A DNA stretch of 24,167 bases, taken from assembly GCA_046735395.1 (NCBI GenBank), contig JBJKQR010000004.1, positions 1 to 24,167 of the forward strand. Reading direction: 5' to 3'. Positions 1-6,911 of this stretch are shown here, in pieces; the stretch's first letter is position 1; every line of letters starts with the position of its first letter. The notes beneath the pieces were generated by a model. It had not been told where the DNA came from and did no database searches. It was given only the letters and a program-made list of their open reading frames with translations. This stretch comes from Fidelibacterota bacterium (GTDB taxonomy: Bacteria; Fidelibacterota; Fidelibacteria; Fidelibacterales; DSDE01). A program made the translations under genes and the position numbers.

Positions 1-214
1 TGATGACCATTCGTCTTTTGTGACTTATTCTGATCGTTTTGCCAGCCGTTTCATCAATCTCCTGATACTGAAATTGTTGCTGGAAAATCATCGTTTTACT
101 TCTCTTGGTCAGTTCGTCTGTCAAATAGCTTTCCTCTATGTCAGGAATGAAATGTGCTATCTGATTGAGAAGCTCTTGCTCCGGGGGTGGAGCTTGTTTC
201 TTTTGTCGTGGCAT
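1..214 (-). CDS. Partial gene (N-terminal 71 codons, runs off the left edge), unknown product; weak resemblance to retron/defence reverse transcriptase N-termini
   Basis: Manual minus-strand translation from ATG at 214: MPRQKKQAPPPEQELLNQIAHFIPDIEESYLTDELTKRSKTMIFQQQFQYQEIDETAGKTIRISHKRRMVI..., no stop before the edge. GGAGG RBS at 219-223 and an upstream sigma70 promoter. GC about 40% over 1-120 by hand count, lower than the core genes. Confidence 0.7.
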   Translation of the reverse strand, partial: MPRQKKQAPPPEQELLNQIAHFIPDIEESYLTDELTKRSKTMIFQQQFQYQEIDETAGKTIRISHKRRMVI

Positions 215-240
215 TTTGCCTCCACAGTTATTTTGTTTTT

Positions 241-363
241 GCCGGAGAAATTTTGGCTACCTCCAGCGTTATGTAGCCTGTCTTCTATGATTCAGGGCGC
301 ACAGGGCGCAGGAATCAGAAAACATTTTGGTAATCTCGATCGAATCCGTCTCCGATCACTTAC
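241..363 (-). ncRNA. Candidate structured RNA (5' leader or ncRNA): hairpin, hairpin with tandem-repeat loop, H-type pseudoknot
   Basis: Minus strand: GATCGGA/TTCGATC hairpin (338-357) with outer GTAA/TTAC; TGTTTTCT-GATTC / GAATC-AT-AGAAGACA hairpin (279-324); GGCTAC/GTAGCC stem whose loop GCTGGAG pairs with downstream CTCCGGC (241-278). Three of these stems contain a G-U pair on the minus strand that would be an A-C mismatch on the plus strand. Confidence 0.55.
293..310. repeat. Perfect 9-bp tandem direct repeat (CAGGGCGCA x2; TGCGCCCTG x2 on the minus strand)
   Basis: Read directly at 293-301 and 302-310; fills the loop of the 279-324 hairpin. Confidence 0.9.
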
Positions 364-387
364 ACCCAGATTTCAAATATCAATGGA

Positions 388-417
388 AATATACCTGTTT
401 TTTGAGATTCATGTCAA
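388..417 (-). promoter_or_regulatory. sigma70-type promoter for the structured leader and the partial gene
   Basis: Minus strand TTGACA (417-412) - 18 nt - TATATT (393-388), with AT-rich upstream sequence. Confidence 0.6.
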
Positions 418-650
418 TAGAAAATATTTTGTATGTTAATAGTAAATAATAACTTACATGGTTTACATCACTCGAAAATCCTTTGTTGAGGAAGGGATTT
501 CGCCTTGTATGATTTCTCCTAAGTACACTTTAGAAAGACACATTTTTTTTTACTTTTTCTGTTTGTTCGCGAAAAATGTAATAGAGACTTGTGTTGTGGT
601 ATTTTGCGAGGAATTTTAGCTCTGGTGCCAAAAATCCCTCCGAAAAAATA

Positions 651-720
651 TTCCCAGTGTAATTGGGAATTTAGTTTTTTCACTACTACTCCCGGAAAAA
701 TACCCAGTTTTACCCAGAAA
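651..720. repeat. Short T(T/A)CCCAG repeats next to the tRNA 3' end; possible integrase arm-type sites
   Basis: TTCCCAG at 651, TACCCAG at 701 and 711 (10-bp spacing), plus the inverted TTCCCA-N7-TGGGAA at 651-669. Confidence 0.4.
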
Positions 721-739
721 AAATATTGTAGCCTATACG

Positions 740-777
740 AAAAAAGTCCCTGCTAACGTCATTGTTAACAGGGACTT
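740..777 (-). terminator. Intrinsic terminator downstream of tRNA-Val
   Basis: Minus strand AAGTCCCTGTTAAC-AATGAC-GTTAGCAGGGACTT followed by a T run. Confidence 0.8.
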
Positions 778-785
778 ATCTTGAG

Positions 786-860
786 TGGGAAATGAGGGAT
801 TCGAACCCCCGACATCCTGCTTGTAAGGCAGGCGCTCTGAACCAGCTGAGCTAATCGCCC
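786..860 (-). tRNA. tRNA-Val (anticodon TAC), CCA not encoded, imperfect acceptor stem
   Basis: Minus strand GGGCGATTAGCTCAGCTGGTTCAGAGCGCCTGCCTTACAAGCAGGATGTCGGGGGTTCGAATCCCTCATTTCCCA: D arm, CCTGC/GCAGG anticodon stem with CTTACAA loop, TTCGAAT T loop, discriminator A. Confidence 0.96.
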
Positions 861-881
861 CCGCTTTTAAAATAGCCGCGT

Positions 882-910
882 AGCTTAGTGAAGATATTTT
901 TTTTATGCAA
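882..910 (-). promoter_or_regulatory. sigma70 promoter of tRNA-Val with GC-rich discriminator
   Basis: Minus strand TTGCAT - 17 nt - TAAGCT followed by ACGCGGC, typical of stable-RNA promoters. Confidence 0.6.
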
Positions 911-931
911 ATGTTTTTTAAAATATTGGAC

Positions 932-1654
932 TTATTTCACTTCCACGGTCTTGTAAATTGAAAAATCGGCTTCAATGCTTCCGCCGTACTCGAAAGTATC
1001 ATCCAGTATGCCGCTTGTCCGGGAATGCAGGGTGATTTTCATTTCCGGGGCGATGGATTCACTGTAATCGGTGTATTTTACATATTTATGACCGATGGTG
1101 AAGCTGCCTTTGTAGGGATATTCAATGTTTAACACCGATCCTGTGATGTAGGCGTTGTCCGCGTTGCAGTAGGCGATATCCACTTTTTGCGGGTATCTGA
1201 AATCCCGGTTATACCAGGAGATGTCCAGGGACTGGTCCCGGATGCAGGTAGACGGGCAGTCCAGCGCATTCAGTTCAGCCGGAGGGGTTTCTATCCAGAG
1301 GAAGCATTCGCTGGAGTCTGATTTCACGATGCGTATCGTATAGACAGATCCTGCCAGGATTTCGCCGGAATAGACATATTCGGTGCCGAAGAGCCCGGGA
1401 GCGCTCATTTTATGATCATCGATATATATGGCGCCATGGGTGATCCTGATATAATTATTTTCAATGTCCATAATTTTTACCGATGTGCGGCAGGTGATCG
1501 AACTGTTGTCGGCGTTATAGCTTCGTGTCAGCAGAATCTTGGGAATGATGCCATCCTTTTCCCCGACTTCTGTCGGAGAATTGCAGCTCATGATTGTCAG
1601 GGATAATAAAATTGTAGCGGAACGCATTACTTTACTGAATAATCCTGTCTTCAT
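932..1654 (-). CDS. Hypothetical lipoprotein (240 aa, beta-rich)
   Basis: Signal peptide with lipobox-like IMS-C; AAGGAG RBS upstream; no recognised family. Confidence 0.75.
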   Translation of the reverse strand: MKTGLFSKVMRSATILLSLTIMSCNSPTEVGEKDGIIPKILLTRSYNADNSSITCRTSVKIMDIENNYIRITHGAIYIDDHKMSAPGLFGTEYVYSGEILAGSVYTIRIVKSDSSECFLWIETPPAELNALDCPSTCIRDQSLDISWYNRDFRYPQKVDIAYCNADNAYITGSVLNIEYPYKGSFTIGHKYVKYTDYSESIAPEMKITLHSRTSGILDDTFEYGGSIEADFSIYKTVEVK

Positions 1655-1681
1655 CTGAATAACTCCTTATAAACCGGAGGT

Positions 1682-1710
1682 ATTTTAAACCTAAATAATT
1701 ACAAAAACAA
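1682..1710 (-). promoter_or_regulatory. Possible sigma70 promoter for the lipoprotein gene
   Basis: Minus strand TTGTTT - 17 nt - TAAAAT in an AT-rich intergenic region. Confidence 0.35.
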
Positions 1711-1764
1711 GAAATTACGATTCATAAAAGAAAAATTTGAAAATGATATCCGCTGATCAGGGCC

Positions 1765-2559
1765 TTATTTCTGTTTCGCTCGGATGGCCTCGTTGAGCAG
1801 AATACCGATTCCGACAGACAGCATGACGAAGGACAGAATCATGCCCATGGTCAGCCAGCCACCGAACAGGTAGCCGAGCTGTTCATCCGGGACCCGGAAG
1901 AATTCCACGAAAATACGGGCGACGGCATAGCCGCTGATGGAGGCGGCGAATTTCTGCAGGCTGCTTGCTCCCCGAAAATGCAGGATCATCATGATAATGC
2001 CCAGCAGCAGGCCTTCCAGCAATGCCTCATAGAGTTGGGATGGATGCCGCGGAACCGAACCGCCGGAGGGAAAGATGATGGCCCAGGGCACCGTTGCCTC
2101 GTGTCCCCACAGTTCACCATTGAGAAAATTGCCCAGGCGGCCGAAAAAGAGCCCGAAGGGCGCGATCACCGACACCTCAGAGATGAGATCCCAGAAGGGA
2201 ACCTTGTTCCTGCGCGTCCAGATGAGAAAGGAAATGATGACACCCAGGGTGCCGCCGTGAAAACTCATTCCGCCCTGCCAGGTCTTGACGATATTCAGGG
2301 GATGGGAAAAATAGTAGGATGGATTATAGAACAGCACATAGCCCAGCCGGCCTCCGATCAGGACGCCCAGCACGGCCCAGGTGAAGAGGCTTTCCAGCTG
2401 CGTCATGGTCATGGGCAGTTTCTTTTCCCGGATCAGATACTTGAACCAGTAATAGAAAAGCACGAAGGCGATGATGTACATCAGGCCGTAGTAGCGCAGC
2501 TCCAGGCCGCCGATCTTCAGAAAGTAGGGCTTGATGTTGTGAACCCAGTACAGAAACAT
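1765..2559 (-). CDS. lgt: Prolipoprotein diacylglyceryl transferase
   Basis: Motifs YGLMY, GGRLGYVLFY, WQGGMSFHGG, GRLGNFLNGELWG, RHPSQLYE, RIFVEFFR; multi-TM. Confidence 0.97.
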   Translation of the reverse strand: MFLYWVHNIKPYFLKIGGLELRYYGLMYIIAFVLFYYWFKYLIREKKLPMTMTQLESLFTWAVLGVLIGGRLGYVLFYNPSYYFSHPLNIVKTWQGGMSFHGGTLGVIISFLIWTRRNKVPFWDLISEVSVIAPFGLFFGRLGNFLNGELWGHEATVPWAIIFPSGGSVPRHPSQLYEALLEGLLLGIIMMILHFRGASSLQKFAASISGYAVARIFVEFFRVPDEQLGYLFGGWLTMGMILSFVMLSVGIGILLNEAIRAKQK

Positions 2560-2700
2560 GTGATTTTTCCTTGTCTTTGGGGGAATTTACAGTTTTTCGC
2601 CGGGACATCATAGCAATGAGTTCCGATTTGCCACGGATTCAGATCGCCGCTCCCTCCCGTTTCGGAGAAAAAAGGAGAGAGAAGCGGTCGTATTCAGAAC

Positions 2701-2729
2701 TTGCCATCAATTTTGGAAGAAAGTATATT
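2701..2729 (+). promoter_or_regulatory. sigma70 promoter upstream of the multiheme cytochrome
   Basis: TTGCCA (2701-2706) - 17 nt - TATATT (2724-2729). Confidence 0.55.
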
Positions 2730-2827
2730 TACGCCATGAAATATCGCAGTTGAAATCGTATCATTTTAGACAGGTTTTCCAGGGGAATTGCCTGATACTG
2801 CGAAAAATTATAGTAGAAGGGAACACC

Positions 2828-4315
2828 ATGCAACTGCCTGCATCATCAAAGAATTGGATCTCAATCACCGGAGCCGTTATCGCGGTTTTCAGTCTGGTGA
2901 ATATGGTCATGCTCATTTTCGTCATGCTTCTCATGAAGCACGACAATCCCTATATCGGGATCATCCTGTATCTTGTCATGCCCGGGATTCTGGTCCTCGG
3001 CCTGATTCTCATCCCGGTGGGGATGTGGCTGCACAGGAAAAAACACGGAGAACAGAACCAATGGCCGTCCATTGACCTGAATCTGGTTCATCACCGGAAT
3101 GCGGCCATTATCTTCGTGGTCGGAAGCGTCATCGTTCTGTTTGTATCCGTCACCATCGGCTATGAGGCCTTTCATTTTTCCGAATCGGTTGAATTCTGCG
3201 GAACGGTCTGTCACAGCGTCATGACGCCCGAATACACGGCCTACCAGAATTCCGCTCACGCGCGGGTTGCCTGCGTATCCTGTCACGTCGGTGAAGGTGC
3301 GAAATGGTATGTAAAATCCAAGATCTCCGGCGCCTATCAGGTCTACGCGGTCCTGGCCAATGCCTACCCCCGCCCCATTCCCACTCCCATCGAAAATCTG
3401 CGCCCGGCCCGTGAAACCTGTGAGAAATGCCACTGGCCTCAGAAATTCTATACGCGCCAGCTCCGTCACGAAGTATATTACCTCTCGGATGACGCCAATA
3501 CGAAATGGTCTGTCGATCTCATGATGAAGATCGGCGGTGAACACGAATCGGAAGGCCTGCAGAAGGGCATTCACTGGCATGTGAATAATGATACTCAGGT
3601 CGAATACGTGGCTTCAGACGACAAGCTGGAGACCATTCCCTGGGTGCGCTACACGAATAAGAGCACGGGCGAAACCGTTGTGTACCGGGATGAGGAAAAC
3701 CCGGTGGATGACGACGAACTGGCCAAAATGGACGTGATGACCATGGACTGTATGTCCTGTCACAACCGCCCGTCCCACAAATATAATGCTCCGACACGCT
3801 TCATCAATGCGGCTCTCAGCGCCGGCGATATTTCCACGGATATTCCTGAGGTGAAACGCCTGCTCACCGAACTCTGCAGCGATACCTACAGTACCCGGGA
3901 TTCAGCTCATACGGAAATCACCCGTCAGTTCAACAGTTTTTATGCTGAGAATTATCCGGATTTCACTCAGGCCAATGCGCCCCTTCTTGCGAAGGCCCTT
4001 ACCGCGGCTCTCGCCGGATTTGATGCCAATGTCTTTCCATCCATGAATGCCCGCTGGGACAAATACCCGAGCTTTATCGGCCATCTCGAAAGCAATGGCT
4101 GCTTCCGCTGCCATAACGGAACCCATGTGTCTGAGGATGGACGGACCATCCGTCGTGACTGCCAGCTCTGTCACACCATCCAGGGCGAAGGTACCGATGA
4201 TGACTATCAGACCGCCCCTGTCGGAAAAGCCCTCGAATTCCAGCATCCGGTGGATATTGACGGTGCCTGGCAGGATATGATGTGTACAGAATGCCACACC
4301 GGGGTCAATCCCTGA
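2828..4315 (+). CDS. imcH: Inner-membrane 7-heme c-type cytochrome, NapC/NirT family, ImcH-like quinol dehydrogenase
   Basis: Three N-terminal TM helices; heme motifs CGTVCH (CX3CH), CVSCH, CEKCH, CMSCH, CFRCH, CQLCH, CTECH; segments such as WYVKSKISG, TPIENLRPARETC, GIHWH and HPVDI match ImcH-type proteins as I recall them. Start moved to ATG 2828 (GAAGGG RBS). Confidence 0.85.
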   Translation: MQLPASSKNWISITGAVIAVFSLVNMVMLIFVMLLMKHDNPYIGIILYLVMPGILVLGLILIPVGMWLHRKKHGEQNQWPSIDLNLVHHRNAAIIFVVGSVIVLFVSVTIGYEAFHFSESVEFCGTVCHSVMTPEYTAYQNSAHARVACVSCHVGEGAKWYVKSKISGAYQVYAVLANAYPRPIPTPIENLRPARETCEKCHWPQKFYTRQLRHEVYYLSDDANTKWSVDLMMKIGGEHESEGLQKGIHWHVNNDTQVEYVASDDKLETIPWVRYTNKSTGETVVYRDEENPVDDDELAKMDVMTMDCMSCHNRPSHKYNAPTRFINAALSAGDISTDIPEVKRLLTELCSDTYSTRDSAHTEITRQFNSFYAENYPDFTQANAPLLAKALTAALAGFDANVFPSMNARWDKYPSFIGHLESNGCFRCHNGTHVSEDGRTIRRDCQLCHTIQGEGTDDDYQTAPVGKALEFQHPVDIDGAWQDMMCTECHTGVNP

Positions 4316-4349
4316 CCGCGGTTTAACCTTCGAATTCTGAGGGGTTGTT

Positions 4350-4829
4350 ATGAAAAAGTCTGCACACCTGATTCTTGCTGCCGCGACGCTCTCCATCCTC
4401 GTCCTGAATGCCTGCGGGAAGAAGGATGTATTTCCTCCGTCCGTCGGCTCTCTCCAGAAGTATGACGATATCAATGGTGACTGTCTGAATTCATTTGAGC
4501 AGTTCATCTACAACGACCAGGAAAAGACGAACAGTGAAACGGCCTATTACAGTGGAGACCGTGGTGATGTCCGTATTCTCGTCAAGACCTACAGAAGTGC
4601 CGACGCAGCGGAAAAAGCCTACAAGTCTCTGGTCCGGCATTTCGAGACACTGCCTGAAACCTATGTGAATCAGGAACGCGTGTTTAAAAGTGACATAAAA
4701 GTCTGGCGCTGCTATGGCCAGGGACGGACGCATTACATCTATACCCGTGATCTGGAATGCGTCTATATCTCGGCGGCCACGACCGTGGCGACAACCTTTC
4801 TCAGCGACTATTTCGCATATCGTTACTGA
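4350..4829 (+). CDS. Hypothetical lipoprotein (159 aa)
   Basis: MKK signal peptide with lipobox LNA-C; GAGGGG RBS; 34 nt after the cytochrome stop. Confidence 0.8.
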   Translation: MKKSAHLILAAATLSILVLNACGKKDVFPPSVGSLQKYDDINGDCLNSFEQFIYNDQEKTNSETAYYSGDRGDVRILVKTYRSADAAEKAYKSLVRHFETLPETYVNQERVFKSDIKVWRCYGQGRTHYIYTRDLECVYISAATTVATTFLSDYFAYRY

Positions 4830-4868
4830 GATGCATCGCGGCGCTGTCCAAATGTGAGACAAACTATA

Positions 4869-4897
4869 TTGACAGGAAAAAATAATAGTCGTAATTT
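4869..4897 (+). promoter_or_regulatory. sigma70 promoter for the ferredoxin
   Basis: TTGACA (4869-4874) - 17 nt - TAATTT (4892-4897); AGGAG RBS at 4924-4928. Confidence 0.65.
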
Positions 4898-4909
4898 CCT
4901 GCCAGATGA

Positions 4910-5125
<216 letters not shown>

Positions 5126-5153
5126 TCTACTCCCCATCAATTACAAAATAAGT

Positions 5154-5188
5154 AAAAAGGCAGGTGGTAATTTCACCCGCCTTTTTTT
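5154..5188 (+). terminator. Intrinsic terminator after the ferredoxin (one stem mismatch)
   Basis: AAAAAGGCAGGTG-GTAATTT-CACCCGCC-TTTTTTT. Confidence 0.65.
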
Positions 5189-5220
5189 ATATTTACCGGT
5201 TATGAGTGAAAGGTGCATGT

Positions 5221-6273
5221 GTGGATAAATTAAATATATATGAAATTTTAAAGCAGGTGAGCTACCCCGGATTCTCGAAAAATATCGTGGATTTCGGGAT
5301 GGTTCGTTCTGTTGAACAGAAAGATGGTGTCTGGGTCGTGGACCTGCATATTGTGACCAGCGAAGAGGATAAACCGCTTCAGGTTCGTCAGGACATTGAA
5401 AAAGCGCTGTCCTCTGCCGGTGCCGGGCCTGTTCAGATAAATATTGATACGGAGAAGCACCGGGTTGAGACCAAGAAGATGGATGTGAATCAGGATCCGG
5501 CAGCCTTCAGGAAACAGTTTGAATTTGCGGATCAGGTTATTGCCGTCGCCAGCGGCAAGGGCGGTGTGGGCAAGAGCACGGTTGCCGCAAATCTTGCGCT
5601 CAGCCTCAGCCGCCGCGGTCTGAAGGTCGGACTTCTGGATCTGGATGTCTATGGCCCGTCCGTCCCCACGATTTTTCATGTCACCGACGCTCCGGTTGTT
5701 CAGGACGAACACCATATTTACCCGGTAACCCAGTACGGAGTGGAGCTCATGTCCTTCGGCTTTTTCATCGGCGAAAACACACCGGTGATCTGGCGCGGGC
5801 CCATGGTCATGAAACTGGTCGACCAGCTTCTCAACGATGTGAAATGGTCCAAACTGGATGTGCTCATCCTCGATCTGCCGCCCGGAACCGGTGATGTGCA
5901 GCTGACGCTGAGCCAGAAAATTTATCTCACCGGCGCTGTGATCGTAACGACGCCTCAGGACCTGGCCCTGATCGATGTGAGCCGCGGAGCCGGAATGTTT
6001 CAGAAAATGAATGTTCCGGTGCTGGGTGTTGTGGAAAATATGAGTTACCATGTCTGCAGCGAATGCGGACACCGGGATCACGTGTTCAGCAGCGGCGGAG
6101 GCCGGAAGGAAAGCGCCCGTCTGGACGTTCCCTTTCTGGGAGCCCTGCCTCTGTCCGGCCGTATCATGGCCGACAGTGATGCCGGAAAACCGACGGTCTT
6201 TGCAGACCCGGATTGCGAAGAAAGCCGGGCTTTTGAAAATATCGTGGAAACTCTTTTGCGAAACTTGAATTAA
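5221..6273 (+). CDS. mrp: Mrp/ApbC (NBP35 family) Fe-S cluster carrier ATPase
   Basis: N-terminal DUF59-like domain, deviant Walker A SGKGGVGKST, DLDVYGPS, IWRGPM, DLPPGTGD, VENMS, CSEC. GTG 5221 preferred over GTG 5206; exact start uncertain. Confidence 0.95.
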   Translation: MDKLNIYEILKQVSYPGFSKNIVDFGMVRSVEQKDGVWVVDLHIVTSEEDKPLQVRQDIEKALSSAGAGPVQINIDTEKHRVETKKMDVNQDPAAFRKQFEFADQVIAVASGKGGVGKSTVAANLALSLSRRGLKVGLLDLDVYGPSVPTIFHVTDAPVVQDEHHIYPVTQYGVELMSFGFFIGENTPVIWRGPMVMKLVDQLLNDVKWSKLDVLILDLPPGTGDVQLTLSQKIYLTGAVIVTTPQDLALIDVSRGAGMFQKMNVPVLGVVENMSYHVCSECGHRDHVFSSGGGRKESARLDVPFLGALPLSGRIMADSDAGKPTVFADPDCEESRAFENIVETLLRNLN

Positions 6274-6280
6274 AGGGAGT

Positions 6281-6589
6281 ATGAAGGGTATGCCGACAGT
6301 ACAGGAAATCAACGAAGTTCTGACCCGGTGTTTCGATCCGGAAATTCCGGTCAATGTTCTCGATCTCGGCCTTGTCTATGATGTGAGGATTGAAGGACGG
6401 AATGTGTCTGTCATCATGACGCTCACGGCCCGCGGATGTCCCATGCATAACGTGATTGCCGAGGATGTGCGGACGAAGATCAGCGAACTCGATTCGGTCG
6501 ATGCGGTTTCGGTTGAAATGGTCTGGGAGCCCCAGTGGACTCCTTCCATGATCTCGCCGGCCGGCCGAAAAGTTCTGGGAATGGAATAA
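6281..6589 (+). CDS. Stand-alone DUF59 (SufT/PaaD-like) metal-sulfur cluster assembly factor
   Basis: DPEIPVNVLDLGLVY, MTLTARGCP, VWEPQWTPSMIS motifs. Alternative start at 6290. Confidence 0.93.
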   Translation: MKGMPTVQEINEVLTRCFDPEIPVNVLDLGLVYDVRIEGRNVSVIMTLTARGCPMHNVIAEDVRTKISELDSVDAVSVEMVWEPQWTPSMISPAGRKVLGME

Positions 6590-6591
6590 AT

Positions 6592-6870
6592 TTGAAAAGA
6601 AAAAACAAGACAGCTGCTGCAAAAATGGGTGAAGGCCCCGCCTGGGACCATCGCATCTTCCGGGTTTTCGAAGGCGATATGAATCCCGATAACGGATTCT
6701 TTGACCTGAATTCCGAACGAACCTCCCATGTCTTTATCGATGACCTGCCCGAAGTCTTTGACGAACTTTTCTACTTCGGATGGGAGTTCAATTTCGGGTT
6801 CACCCTGGACAATCATTCATTTTATCTGATGTATAAGAAAGCGGTCCCGCCCAAAGACAGGACAAAATAA
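6592..6870 (+). CDS. Small hypothetical protein, possibly DUF4177-like
   Basis: Fills the gap between DUF59 and uppS on the same strand; TTG at 6592 or ATG at 6625; pattern WDHRIF...FDEL..FGWEF...MYKK recalls the WEYK...LNELG.EGWEL...FKR pattern of DUF4177. Confidence 0.55.
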   Translation: MKRKNKTAAAKMGEGPAWDHRIFRVFEGDMNPDNGFFDLNSERTSHVFIDDLPEVFDELFYFGWEFNFGFTLDNHSFYLMYKKAVPPKDRTK

Positions 6871-6911
6871 AGCCAAATGAAGTATCCAGAATCAGCCGCA
6901 GAGGGAAATTC

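Noticed and set aside
241..363. Leader as an IS110 bridge RNA or IscB omega-RNA
   Set aside because: The downstream N-terminus lacks the early GID motif of IS110 recombinases and the PLMP motif of IscB.
20..439. 139-aa plus-strand ORF in the supplied track
   Set aside because: No clear RBS and an unnatural composition. It lies antisense to the better supported minus-strand gene, leader and promoter.
640..727. Short repeats as a CRISPR array or iterons
   Set aside because: Units are 7-11 bp with irregular spacing; no repeat-spacer periodicity and no cas or rep gene visible.
1978..2613. 211-aa plus-strand ORF
   Set aside because: Antisense shadow of lgt.
2750..2827. TTG-start N-terminal extension of the cytochrome
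   Set aside because: ATG 2828 has an RBS and begins where the family-like N-terminus starts; the extension looks like 5' UTR.
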